A DNA stretch of 64,000 nucleotides from Antedon mediterranea (lineage: Eukaryota > Animalia > Echinodermata). The position numbers were made by a program, and so were the translations under genes. The DNA lies in assembly GCF_964355755.1 (NCBI RefSeq), contig NC_092670.1:24910795-24974794 (forward strand), in the 5' to 3' direction. Under the pieces are notes generated by a model. It searched no databases. It was given only the letters and a program-made list of their open reading frames with translations, and was not told the origin of the DNA. Position 1 is the stretch's first letter. Every line of letters begins with the position of its first letter. Positions 13,830 through 28,800 of this stretch are shown here, in pieces.

Positions 13830-16800
13830 TGTAGTATGTAAGATTTGCAGTAACTTCAATTGGTTGCTGGTTGGGCATTGATGCAATGCACACATACGCT
13901 CCCTCGTCCGATGTTGTAGGTGCATATATCCCATATTCAGAACTGGTGGCATCAGCAAGGACTTCACCATTTAACTTCCATGTGTAGCTGAGCTGATCTA
14001 GTGGTCTAAAACAAATGTCATACAGATTGTAACTTGGATTTGGAGTGATAATAATATAAAACGTTGCTAAAGTGAGAAATGCTCTTAAAAATTAAACAGC
14101 ATTATTATTTATTTTTAAAGGGACACCTTCAAGACACAAAGTTAACAATGTGTCCCCTGAATTAGGAGTCTTCCTGAATAGGCTACCTTTCCTCTTCTTC
14201 ATTCCACAGGAAAGTGTCCCCTGAATAGGGGTTTCCGAATGATAAGACATTTTAGTTTGTCTTGCAAAAACTACTTCAATTTTTAATAACGCTTTAGATA
14301 CTCAATATTATCTGATGGCATAGTACATCCTAGTAATTTACACTTCTTACAAATGTCATGGCACCAATGATGTACTAAATCTGAAGTATGATCTTTCATA
14401 ATCATAAACCATGTTATGAAAAGACGACAGGTGCCAACATAACTAATTATACGAGACTTGTTTGTCGACGCCAACCCTCATTGTAAACTTTACAACTTTT
14501 CCAAAATTCTGGAAACCCTTATAAAAACTATATTATATACTCTTTATGTAATCAATTATTTAATTTATATTACAATTCAAACATTAATGGAGCTGTAGCA
14601 TGCTGGTTAACGTGCTTGTCTTCCAATCCTAAGTTCCAGGGCCCAAATCCTGACCTAGTGTCGGGGTTACAAATCATGACTGTAAAATTCCTGTCGACTC
14701 AAGTGAGACTTATGATATAGTTTATACATCCTGTAACTAGCATGTTTCTCAGTTGGGTGTGTACAGTATAAAATTAATATTAACAATGAATTGATAAGTA
14801 ATAATAACACAGTTATACATACCTGGCATTTACAATACATTCAAGACTAATGAGTAGATCTGTGTCGATGAATACTGTGTTTTTAGGTGGTACAATGAGA
14901 GTTGGAGGAATTATACTGTTATCAATACTACCTGTAATAAAGCAACCATCATATAAAAGTATTAGTATTTTGTTTTGTCAATAAAGACATTTTTCAATAA
15001 AGCTTATCAATCAATAGTATAAAAAATAATATCATTACTGTACATGGCTGGATCACAAAAAGGATGTGGGTAGCAGATAAAACCTGAACAGAACAGAGAC
15101 ATATTAGCTAATAATGCATAGGATAAGATATAATAATAATAATACCACATTTATATAGCGCCCTTTTCATGAGTAATCATGCTCAAAGGCGCTTTACAAG
15201 CATTATTACCCCAGTATTTTTTTTGGGATCAAACACGTATGGAGTAACCAGCGCAAAGTTGTGTCTAGATCTAACTGGGTACCCATTTATACACCTGGGT
15301 GGAGAGAGGCAACGTAAATAAAGTATCTTGCCTACGGATACAAGCAATGCGGCGAGAGTTGGATTCGAACCTAGGTCTGACGATTGGTAGTCCAACGTCC
15401 AACACACTGCGCCACACGCCCTTACCCATAAGATACAATATACAATAAATCCAACCTCTCATGGATGGAGTAGTTAAAATTAGGGTACAAGCTAATCGAG
15501 ATAAACTGAGTAGATAAAACAAATGTACAAGACCAATTTATCAAACAAAAATTAATGGATCAAAATGGAGACGAAAATGTGAGCATTCTCAAAAGAAAAT
15601 GTTACGAAAAACGTAATGCCACAGTATGAAAAAAGTTTTTAATTATCATCAAAACAAGACATAAAAATCAATATTTCCCACTTTATAATATAAAGCAGCA
15701 AAGTTTGCAACTTGTTATTCAATTTCCTTTACATACTGTACATCAACCATTTTGTCTATTACAGGTAACAGTTTATGCTCTGTCTAGAAACAGGCAGACA
15801 AGATGCCAATACAGTGGTAAGCTGCGTTTAAAGCATCAATGGTTTTAGCACAGGTAACTGAACAAAGAATATTATAAATGTCTTTCAAGACAACAAAATC
15901 AATATAGTACTGGCATATAAAAATTAAGTGAGCAAGGGAGATAAATTATCATATCTACAAAGGTCAACTTCTATTTTTATACATTTTCTTAAGCTCTGTC
16001 CACACTATCAAATACTAAATAGACAAAAAAGTGTGATATACCCAAATATGGTAGTAATATGACATCATCATGTCCATATATGGGCATATATTTGTTGTCG
16101 CATAAAGTTTGATAGTGTATAAAAGAGCTTTATACTCATCTAGAAAAATAAATTTAATAATGATAATGGATAGTTAATAATATCTAATCATTCTTCTTAA
16201 AGAAAGGGCATATGTTTTCTAAAACACATTCTTTCTATAAGTACTGTAAACTAAGTGACTGAATTGATCTATAGGAAAACATGAATCATGTATTCCTACA
16301 GATCTGATTTTAATAGAACCCGAGTGTTTAAAATAAAGAGAAAAAAATAGACATTTTTATACAATTAAATTAGCTTTTAATACTGTACCAAAGTAAATTT
16401 AATGTCAGCTTATTTAGGAAACCGTATATCAACTGTCATGTTATACAATAATATTTTTAACTTAGTGTTCAACTAACAACTATTTATTTGGGCAGTGAAG
16501 GACATTTTTGTTAGTATATTTTTTCAAATTCATATTCAAAATGTGGCTTGAACGTTGACAAAATATGCAGCATCACATAGTCATATACAGCATCACTATT
16601 TTACCCTCAATCAAGACTTGCATTCACATGCAAATAATCTAGACATGCATTCACATTACACATTTAATCAAGACCTCAATTCACATTGCATACAGTATTT
16701 TCTAGACTTGCATTCACATTACATACTTTCTAGACTTGTAGTCACATTACATACTTTCTAGACTTGTAGTCACATTACATACTTTCTAGAGTTGTAGTCA

Positions 16801-19800
16801 CATTACATACTTTCTAGACTTGCATTCACATTACATACTTTCTAGACTTGCATTCACATTACATACTTTCTAGACTTGCATTCACATTACATACTTAATC
16901 TAGACTTGCATTCACATTACATACTTAATCTAGACTTGCATTCACATTACATACTTAATCTAGACTTGCATTCACATTACATACTTAATCTAGACTTGCA
17001 TTCACATTACATACTTAATCTAGACTTGTATTCACATTTCATACTTTCTAGAGTTGTAGTCACATTACATACTTTCTAGACTTGTATTCACATTACATAC
17101 TTTCTAGACTTGTATTCACATTACATACTTTCTAGAGTTGTAGTCACATTACATACTTTCTAGAGTTGTAGTTACATTTCATACAGTACTTAATCTTATT
17201 AATTTAATCTAGATTTGAATTCCCATTAAACATTTAATCTAGAATTGCATTCACATTAAACATTTAATCTAAACTTATGTTCAGATTACGCACAAAATAA
17301 ATCCAATACTACATACGCTAAACTTGCGTTCAGATTACGCACAAAATAAATCCAAATACTACTGTACATACGCTAAATACTTACTCTGCACATTCAATGT
17401 GATTGGCTCACTAACTTTTACAGCTCCAAATTTCTGATTAGCTGCACTACATTCGTAAGTGGATGCGTCATCTATCTTAGCTGCTAGGATTATAAGACGT
17501 CCATCCAGGCTTGTTACTTTGTTAGCCCCTTGTAAATTACCACCATCCTGCTTCCAGCTATAGGAAGGTATTGGAAAGCTATCTGCAAAATGAAAAGATA
17601 GATTTTAAGATAAATTACACATCAGTCTGTATCCAGGCGTTACTGTAGGTATGGGAAAGCAAGATGGATAAGTATGAGGACAGGATAAGTATGAGTACAA
17701 GATAAGATAGATTACACATCATTCTATATCCAGACGCAAGGTAAGGTATTGGAAAGCTATCTGAAAGGTGGATAAGACTAGAGAAAAACCGACATCAGTC
17801 TGTTGATGACAGCTAATCAAAGTGAATTTGAAAGTGTATGCCTGGATGTGTTTTCCGAATTATTGGTAGCCTTACTGTATGCCATTGGTGTATGGTACAG
17901 TATGATTGAAAATACTTATAAAGGCAAACCAATTAAACTTACATCTGAACAAATACCGAAAACATTATGACTTTGCAACCTTAAATGGTTAGTTACAATG
18001 CTGATGGGTTTTAACTGTTTTAGTTACCCTGTTATTTAAAATATTCAAATATTTTTCTGCTGTCACTATTTTTGTTTATCTAATAATACAATTTTTAATT
18101 AGAAATTCATCCTCAATATATTTTATTTTTGCATATTTTTTAGGGGGGAAATTTCAGCACGGCAAAAAAAGTGTTCATTACATCAACCCTTTGCATAATT
18201 TATTATTTAACTATTTCAATGAAATATAAAGATTTTTTTAGATTGATGAATTTATAGAGCTAAAGGTCTTACTATTAGTATTACTTCCTTTAATTTAATA
18301 TCTAGGCTTCTGGCTTTATACAGTCTATTAACACAATCATTTCACTTCTTTAACTGACACTAAACACAAACAGATACCAAAAAATACACATTTCTACTGA
18401 GACTGTGAAATCTTTAATTATTCTTCACACTAAACTTTGATTTATCTAAATGTTTAAAACTGGCAACAGGCATGTAACAGATGAGTGGACACTGCAACAA
18501 CAGTCAGAATAAATTTCAACTTTGCAACTTGCAACTATAATCAGTCTTCCTGCATTGGGAATTTTCATAAGCAATGAATTAAAAAGTCATAGATAAATTG
18601 TTCAAGTATTTCTGCATAAATCAACACCTGTTTGATGATACCATCCATCACTGTACTGGATTCACTGATGGCAGCACCTCACCTTCTCAAGAACTGTGTC
18701 ACAGATATTCTACTGCAGTTCTGCACTACCTGCAATGTTTACTGCAGTAACCATACAACTTATAAATATCATGTAATGTAAAAAATAGTGTATTTATTTA
18801 TTAATGCAGAAATCACCATTAAACTATATGGATGGGACAAACTGAAAACTATTTGAAAATGATTCTACTGCAGTTACTACACTAACCTCCTGTATTGTTG
18901 ACTGCAGTTACTACACTAACCTCCTGTATTGTTGACTGCAGTTACTACACTAACCTCCTGTATTGTTGACTGCAGTTTACTACACTAACCTCCTGTATTG
19001 TTTACTGCAGTTACTACACTAACCTCCTGTATTGTTTACTGCAGTTACTACACTAACCTCCTGTATTGTTTACTGCAGTTACTACACTAACCTCCTGTAT
19101 TGTTTACTGCAGTAAACTATACAACTTATAAATATAATTTAATGTAAAAAAAATAGTTGTTGATTTATTAATGCAGAAATAATTGATGGGTGGCATAAAG
19201 TGATAAAAACTATTTCTAAATAAATTATTGTACTGTAGTTACTACACTAATGCATTGCTTACTGCAGTAAATATACAACTTAAATATCATCAATTTCCCT
19301 GTATTTGGTGTCTTTTGGAATGATACTGCATGATTTGATAGTATTTTTAGATTCTGACTGAAATTATGATTGGATTGGATAAAAATATACCACTATTTGT
19401 AACCATCCATTGACACGCACAAGTATTTTGTATGCTTCAGTAATGTTGGCTACAGTAATGTTAAAATCAGTTTTATTGATAGCACGTCACTATCTCCTGC
19501 ATCGTTTTAAGAATAATGTAGATTTTATAACATACAATACGCTATCTTTAAGTGGTTTGGAAAAATGAGCCCACTATTAAAATCAGTTGGCATCCTTTGT
19601 GTTTTAAAACCATGTAGGTTAAGAACGGTAGTCTCAATTTACATCAATCAATACATGTATGTGCTCTGCAAATCACACGCTATAATAAGTAAGTTTATAC
19701 GTATACATGTAATGATGTACAGCGTGCTAAGTACAATATTTAATTGAAATAATAAATATAGAAATGTAAAATGTATTTCGATCCTGAACTGTTTTCTAAA

Positions 19801-22800
19801 ATGGCAAGTTTTAAATTGAAACAAAAAACGAGATTTAAAACCTTTTGTAACAATTTTAGTGACAAATTTAAAAAAAAATGTTTTTATTAATATTTATACT
19901 ACTAATACAGTAGTGGTTCAGAGTATATTCATTTTCTTTATTGCTATAGTTATTTGACAATAGGTACAATATAATATTATGATTTTAATTTCTTTCATTG
20001 TATTTCACTACACAGCATAACCTATTTGAGACCAAACAGTGTCCCTTTATTAATAAGGGTGTCCCCTGAATAGGGGTACTGTAAGGCTGTTTTATTATAA
20101 ATATTTCTCCTTGTTTGTTTCTTGGGAAAGTGTCACCATAAAACTAAATATTTATTGATAAATTATGTTTATAAAGCAATAAACCAATTTTGTTATAGGA
20201 AATTGTTTGAGATCTAAACTGTATAAAACCTTAATAACTACAACTGTAAATATTTTATGATAATTTTACAGTAATAAGCAATTTTTTTCTCCTGTATATT
20301 AAATATCTGTAACACTGCAAAAAACAAATGATAGTTAAACACCAATCTAACATGCTACGATCTAAAAATAAACGACGATGAGGTAATTTATCTAGCTTCT
20401 TGATAGTTGAAATTGACTGTAATTTTCTCTTATTTCATATCAATGATTAATACAATTCTAATATTTCCACAAGTTCATACAGAACTGGACAAACGATTCG
20501 TTGAAACACTCAACTACAAAATATCTGTGATTGCATTCCTGATTGACAGAATAATTGTTGAAGAGTATGTTGCTGTGGAAAGCCGCTCTCAATTTTATGT
20601 GAGGCAAACGGCTGATGTTAACAGTTGTTAGTATTTCTCTGTGAATGGTCTGTGATCCTTACTAGTATAATTACTTCTGTTTAAATCAACCTAATCAGTG
20701 TTAATGGTTGTAACATGTGATGAGTGATTCTCAACAAGGCTTAAAACATTAATCATGTTGCATGTTTATTGTGTCACAAATTGATCGTTCAATTTACCTA
20801 ATAAGATAAAAGTCTCCTAAAAGCAAGTCAATTATAATAATTGTTATAGCCATCTTGGCTAGGAACAATCATTCAGTGAACCTACCTATGAACTGAACTT
20901 TCTAACAAATGTTTTTAATGAAAATTAAATTTCTTTGATTATTAGTTTGTAATTATTGAATATATTTTATACTTTACTTTGTTTATAGCATGACAAATTG
21001 ATTGTGTGTTAAACTGTATCAATGGCCGTATCTACAACTACCTGTATAAGTGCTTGCAGAATCCCGACAAAATGTGTTGTCCCCAGTAGGTCAACTAAGA
21101 TCTACGATTGTTTAGTTCCCTCAACCTTAAACTACAGTAGTTGTAACATTTGAAAGTATTCAGTAGGACCACACATTTAGAAATGTGAAAAGGGTTTAAG
21201 TGGCAAGACACATTTGTTTGAGTATATAAAATATGTATGTAAGGGATGATGCTTCAGTGATATGGATAGCATGAACTAGAAGACATTATTAGGTCAATGT
21301 AGTGGCAACTGTCACTTGGATGTCACAAGATATACTTGACTCCACATCAACATTAGAATGATCATAAGAAAAAGGTATACAATTACTAATAATGCATAGT
21401 TAATGTATTATATAGTCACTGGTGATAATAACTATTTCAAATGGTTTTACATCAAGTAGTCTTAGTTTATAAAACAAAAATTAGTTTATTGTTATGTAAT
21501 AGTATAATATGTTTATAGTGAAACAAAATTAAACAATTAAATTGATAAAAATTAGACCATTTCTTATAGTTTGTTGTAGTGTTATTATTGAGACAGAGAA
21601 ATGGTTAAATATCTTAAGATTTCATGTCAGATGAATAGTACAGTAGCTAGGCTATGGCAAGCCAAATATTTCAAAAGTGCACAATCCATCTTTAGAGAAA
21701 GAATCATGTGTCATTGTTTTAAATTGTTTGTAGTAATTTCTTATGTATTGAAATGTTAAATAAAGGGGTAATGATTAATAAAAATAATCATACCAATTTC
21801 TGGGCAGGTCAGAACAATAGCATTACCCTCAACTACAGACACAGATTGAGAACTTGTTTGAAAATCATCAATATCTGAAAATAGAACAAAAAAATTAAAC
21901 CATAAATCATAACATATAAAATAAATAGCTGTTCTGTACCATGCCAGTATATGAACACTTTTGAGAGATCAACAACCAGCCTACAATATAAATCATACAA
22001 CAATTTCTGAATAAAAAGTGTCATTTTGGAAATTGTTTGCTGTAGTACAAACTGTCACATTGTATCCACCTTGTTGGATTTGAATGCGTAAACTTTAGTC
22101 CTTCACAAACACAGTGCTTTTAATCGAGGATATTGTTGTGAGCTTTTTTTATGTTTAAAAGAAAAAATATATACTGCAAATCATATTTTTTTTTTTTACC
22201 AAATGTCAAATTTTCCATTTTTAAATTCCATTCGTTTTTAATGTACCATAAAAATGATATTCTTGAATTATGGTCTTGGAATTTAATCACTTGCTTTTAG
22301 ATTTTACATTTTTATACATTTTACATCTTTTAAATTACTTTTACTTTTAATATACAGTAGAGCATAAAATGTCAAAATGTCATTTGGGATATTAATATTA
22401 ATTTTCCTCATTCAGAATAAAAACTATATTATACAATGTGAACATGCTGATTCATTTTGTAATTTAACATCTCCCTTGATAGTAATTAAATAAAATTGTT
22501 TCATTTAACCTTTACAATGCACAATATATCAATTTTGTTTCTTTTTAGTTTATAATATTGTTGTCTGTGGTATTTCTGTTTCATGTACACAGTACAATAT
22601 TAAATCTATTTTCTGTTTGTTACCAATTGAAAATGTAATCAAGATTTGTTGCCAATGTCAGTAATCCTAAAAGCTAAATATAGACGTGATGTTGTCTCCA
22701 AAAGTATACATTTGTCAGCCGAGTCATTAAATACTTTACTCTCTTATGAAAAATTACAAAAAAAATCACATTATGGTAGTGTACATTCTTCTTCAGTCTT

Positions 22801-25800
22801 TGAAAGTTCTTTGTTAATGTCTGATTTTGGGTATGTTCAGATCCGTGGAGTTATGCTTTCGTATCGCAAGCAATGTCATATTATAATTAGCGTCGTAACA
22901 GCAAAGTGTTCAGATTTGCCTAGCTAACGCTTTCGTTTCAAACTAATTGTCACCGATTTGGTTGAACATCTGGTATGCAGGAGTAAATTTGATTGGTTAA
23001 AGGTCAAAATTATTGATGCATGACTTTCGTATCGTAAGCGGCGTCCACTAATCTTGTACCTTGAGCTGTTGTAACGAACGAAAGAGTAGTGTCGTACGGG
23101 GTGGCTTCCACTAATCTTTTCCTGGTTCAGACCTATGGAGTTGTACGCCGCGTACAATACGAAAGCATAACTCCGTAGGTCTGAACAGGCCCTTTGTCTC
23201 TTTAATTTTTTACCTGTAGCTTCTACCTTAATGGATCGTTAACTTGATGATGAACCTAGGTAAGGTATAGTTTCACCTCCTGTCAATTGTGAATTATGTG
23301 ACATTCGTTGACCTAAAATGATCTTTTTGATGGAGTCATCAATGACTTGTTGTTCTATGAATCCCATAAGGAATGTAAACAACCAAAGAAAGTGTCTTAT
23401 TTCAGAGTAATTCTAGACATGAAGTTGAAAGGAACAGAATCACAATGGAAAGGTTTTATTGAAGCAAGTGGTTTTGTAGCTTCATTTTCACTTTTAAGAA
23501 TGTGAACAAGTTTTTTAACGATTTTCTATTTAGAAAGTGTGCCTTAATTATTGCAATCCAATTGCAATTCATTAATTTTACTTAGTACAGTAGTCTTGAT
23601 AACAAAATTTCCATAGTAAAAATAGAAAATTTTGTATGGCCTGACAAAACCAAGATCAAGTCAGAACTTTCTGTGGGATGTTGATTTTTCCATAATTATT
23701 GCTTTTTTGCCTGGTTTCCAATAATTTTAGTCCTCAATCATGACTTGTTCATAATTTGTATGTATTTTCCATAGTATTTTATTTACTTTTTATACATCCG
23801 TATTGGGCTAAAATTCCAAAGTATTGACATATTATACAGCAATATAGACTGATCCTTGCTTCAAGGGATGGATCAAATCTACAGTACTGATTGATTAGGT
23901 GTTTTAATGTCTTTTTGAGAACATCATTTAAAATATGAAATTGAGTTTTAATATTCTACATAGAAAAATGAGGTAAATATATTCACACAATATAGTGAGC
24001 TTGTTAAACACGATTTTTCAAAAAAGTGTATTTAATCTTAACTACAGTCTACCACCAGGAGAATTATTTCACTTCTTCCTAGTCAACTTTTTAGCCACAG
24101 CTGGCCTTGGGCTGGCATACAGATGTTAAAGTGTGGTTTTACAGGAGTTCATTCATATTTTATTGAAAAAGTTGAGGCAATAAATTGTTTAAACACAGTC
24201 AACTTCAATTCTGGTGAAATTCAAAATCAATGTACAAAAAAACTGTAGTGTAGGTGTTAAAGTTGTTCCTTAATATGGGTACCAGTATACCCTCCGATAT
24301 GACATTGACATGAATTGTAATTGGTCTAGTACATTTATATCCAATAATCCTTTATCATATACAGTACATAGCCTGCCATAAGGATATTAAAGAGTACTGT
24401 AAATATCATCACAAGCACATTGCACTGCATAAATTAGTCTGATTAGCTTGATTAATGACCTGTTTACAACATTTTGACGACAGTACAACTACAACGCATC
24501 ATTCATCATATAGTATTTGATTTGTTTCAAATTTAACATTTAGGACTAGATAGGAGCTTACGATTTGAAACGAACTACTGTTTTTATGCATTTACAGTAT
24601 TTAAGCTAATTGTCAAAGTCGTCGTCGAGCTCTGAAATGGATATTTTTTTATGAACGTACAGTACACCAAATAAAGACTCATTCAAATGTGTACTGTATG
24701 TCTGTGATAAACATAATGCAATTGCCTACTGTAGGTCATCCCAGAATTCAATGCTCCCGATTGACAAACATTTTCCAGAAAAAAAATTAAATCAAGAGAC
24801 TGAAGTATTATTAGGCTGTACTAATAACATTCAAGTGTATCATCTAACTAAACACTTTGGAATGTAAAATGATTTGACATCAAACACAGCTAAATTAAAC
24901 TAGGCTTACATCACCCTTGCGACATGATTTCAGAATGACATAACTAGTGTCGGTAGTTTTCATGTTGACTTGAATTAATCTTATTCTAGTGTATACAACT
25001 CGCAGCGACAGGATTCTGAATAAGTCCGACAAAATTGAACAGAATAATTGCTAACTCCAAGACACTTGTCTGTCAATTGCAACATTCATCCATTTATCAA
25101 AAATGTCTTTGCGCTCAACTTTATGTTTCCGCCTCAATCTCCCTTAAATTCAAACGATGGCCCATGAGGAGTGGGAGAGTTCATTAATATTAGAAGCTCA
25201 GAAAATTATTAATGTGGCAATAGATAGATAAGTGTCTTGGAGGGGGAGGGGTTGTTTTAATTTACTATTGGTAATCCTTGGCCACATTGCCTAAAGACAA
25301 AATAAAATAAAATATTCAAGGTGGCATTTATTTGAATAAATATGGTAAATAAAAACAAAATACAAAGCAATCAGTTTAAACTGCAAAGGTGATAGTTTGA
25401 GATATGGTAATATTAATAAGCTATAAAACATACAAGAAAGCTGTTGGCGTGTCATATTATGAAGCTGCACAATGTCTGAATACAACTTAATATTATACAT
25501 TTGGCATGTCATACAATAAAGCTGTACAATGTCTGAATATTATACTTACAAGCTACATCAACTTGAGCACCTTTACTAATAATAGTTCCAATATTATTGG
25601 ACACCAAACATCGATAAACTCCTTTATCACTCCGACTTGCCGACGATAACGATAACACATCTTTGTTGATATTTGGGTTGTCTATATCTTGACCGTTTTT
25701 CTGCCATGAGTATATTAATGGTGGATCACCTGCTGCCACGCAACTTAATGTTTCTCGATTACCCTCTACTATAATATTGTCTTCAGGGTGGATTCTAATA

Positions 25801-28800
25801 AAAGGCTGGTTATCTGGAAATTTAAAAAAATTAAAAAATTTATAATTAAACACGATGGATTTGTAAAAAAAAAAAAAAACAAAAGTCTTAATTGAAGCAC
25901 TCTGAAAGAAAACAAGATTAGGGAAAGAAAAAAGATGGTTTCAATTTCCCTTGCATATGAAATTTAAAACCAGAAATATTGAATCAACAAGTTTTATAAA
26001 TTCAGTGAAATTGTGTTTTTATTGCTAAGAATTTTTAAGATAATAAAACGGTCCACAAATTATTCTTTCAACAAAATAATAAAACGCAGTCAGAACTGGG
26101 TCCAACTGAATTTCCTAATTATGCAACTCAATATGTTATTACTTTTCTTCAATAAAAATGAAAGCGTAATTGTCATGATGGTACGATATTGTAAATGTCC
26201 GTAACGGTGTAGAGCAACAACAATTTAAATCTACGTGCATTTGGGAACAATTTCGTACGGAATCTGCAACAAATTGTAGTATTAAAAACTAGGACCACAA
26301 TATACAGTTCACTTCCTTTTATTGTAAATAACTGTAATTGTTAATAGTAATATGTCAATATCTTTCAATAATTTCTATACCTATTCCAAAAGCACATCAA
26401 TAAATTATCATATCTAAAAAATAATGGGAAAAAACCGATCTATTTTTTTCTGCAAAGGTATACTGATGATAATTGAGTTATGATATATTGTTTGTGAATG
26501 CTCTGAATGAATCTACTTGAGAACTTCTAAGTATGCAATTGTGTATTTAAAAGAAAAATGATTTGAAAATTTACAAGACACAAAAAAAGTCATGAAGTTG
26601 AGAATGAACAGTATACAATAGCTATCCATGACTGCAGTAATACCTAATATTTATTTTCCTCTCTAATCTGATACCTCTCAGTCAATATTTTCTAGCATAC
26701 AGTAATCTCACCCATGCTCTTTTGTGGTACTCTTTCGTGTAATTAGAAATTTTAGCATTCTAATCTAACACCGAATTGAATGGGTATTTTTTTTAATTAT
26801 TTTTGCGCTGCCATTTAACCGGTTACTAAAAAAATCGATGAAAATGGGGTTAATTTATTTTTATACAGCAGAAACAGGACCCATAGCAACATACAAGTCA
26901 TAACCAGCAAAACTAATGTGAAGTACTACTCAGCTTTATTCACAAAGCAAGTTTAACATACAAGCACAAACTAAAAGGTCTCAGGATTAAGGATTTTTAT
27001 TGGTTTAAATTGGACAAAAACAATTCTAGGCCTAAAGCTAATGGTTTTAATCAGTGTCTAGGCTTTCAAAAGCAACTTGAAATGTTAGCAACCTTGCATG
27101 TCCTAGGCCAATTGTCATCAGTTCAGCTGTTAACTAAAAACCCTAGAGGTTCTAAATAAACATTTTTAGAATACCAATTATAGAACTTTGCACCAAACTG
27201 ACCCAAAACTCAAATTAAACATTTTCTACCACAGACAGGTACATTTTAGCATTTACTGTATATGAAAATCAAACAGAAAAAGATTATATTTTTGTTAAAA
27301 TACAGTAAAGCAATAAACAGACTACTTTCATTTGAATGTTATTGTCATGTACTGTATTATTGAAAAGGCTACAATGTCATCTAAATTCAACAACTCTAAT
27401 TTGGACCTACTGTACATGTGCAGGGAAAAAATTACATTTACTCTGCAATTTTAGATATTATACATACTGAATAGGAACCACTACCATCATACTTTGACAA
27501 TACACATTTAAATAACTTTCTTTACAAAAATAGAACATTACAAAAAATAAAAATATCCCACGGATCGGCATAATTAACGATCAGTGGTTAACAAAAATGC
27601 TATACAATTACAAGTGATTCTATTCACTCAACTCAATAAAAAGAAACGTAACCTATATTCAACTCGTATTTTCTGTGCAGATTACGCGCACATATTCAAT
27701 CACTTTCTATACAAAAATAGAAGTATGCAGGGTTAAAAAAAGATCCTATATGAATCAGCAGATTAGTGGTTAATACAACTTGTTATAATTGGCAGCCACA
27801 CATGATTTGGTAGCTTTCTAGGCTTCAGGCTGTCTTCACAGTTGGATGTCATCACTGATTGCCTTTGTTTACTCAAATACTGTATATTATAAGCATGGAG
27901 ATGGAGAACATCAAAGGATCAGAATTAACGAATTTTAACCAATTTTGAGACCTGGAACCAAATAAAATTGTAATTTGCTAGGTGGAGTCGGCTACACAAT
28001 GGGTAGAATCAGGCTACACAATGGGTGGAGTTAGCTTTCTAAAGGTCGGAGTCACCTATCCCAGTTTATTTCCGAGTTCATTTTCATCTACAAGTACCAA
28101 ACCTAAAAGCGATTTATTTTTTCCCCCCACACCAAGTTTTTTTAAAATCCAGTTCAGGGGTTGTTGTCATATTAACACTTGTGTATTGTGTATTAAAATT
28201 ATAGATGAGACGAATACTTGTTGCAGCTCGTCTATCATTTTTATTCATAATAAATACTACTATCAATACAACAAAGTATGTTTAATTTACAGATAAACAC
28301 AACATACTCTATTGATACTAAAAAAACAATTAAATTGAGGAAGATGACTCCAAAAACATCATAATGGTTTTATACCATAATAATAAAATATTTTCCTTTC
28401 TTTTTTTTATTCAAGGTTGAAATAAATCATTATACAATTCAAAACGATTTACTTTTTTTTTAAAGAAGACTCTGTTTCCAATTTATTATATGAGATGACA
28501 AGATCAATATGTTATTAAAACTTTAAAACATAATTTATATTTACCGTTTCTACGTATGTAAACTAACTAATCCATGACGCTATTATGCAGTGTATTTAAG
28601 CTTTTCATGGATGATCGGCACAAAAAATATTACATCTGTAAGGTAAATGCTGGTATAATAATGTAGATGGCCTATATTTATTTCTGAAGTTTAGAATATT
28701 GAAGTCATTTGTTTTTAAAGTTTAGAAACTGGCATTAAATTGAATAGAGAGATAGCCAAACAAAACATAATTGTTAGTTTCAAATTTTGATCATGGCTGT

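Noticed and set aside
15345-15421. tRNA gene
   Set aside because: It has A and B boxes but continues into a SINE core and (TAT)n tail, with no convincing acceptor stem or Pol III terminator.
16876-17079. His-rich LDLHSHYILN repeat ORF
   Set aside because: Translation of the 30-bp block of an intronic minisatellite whose flanking units are 29 bp.
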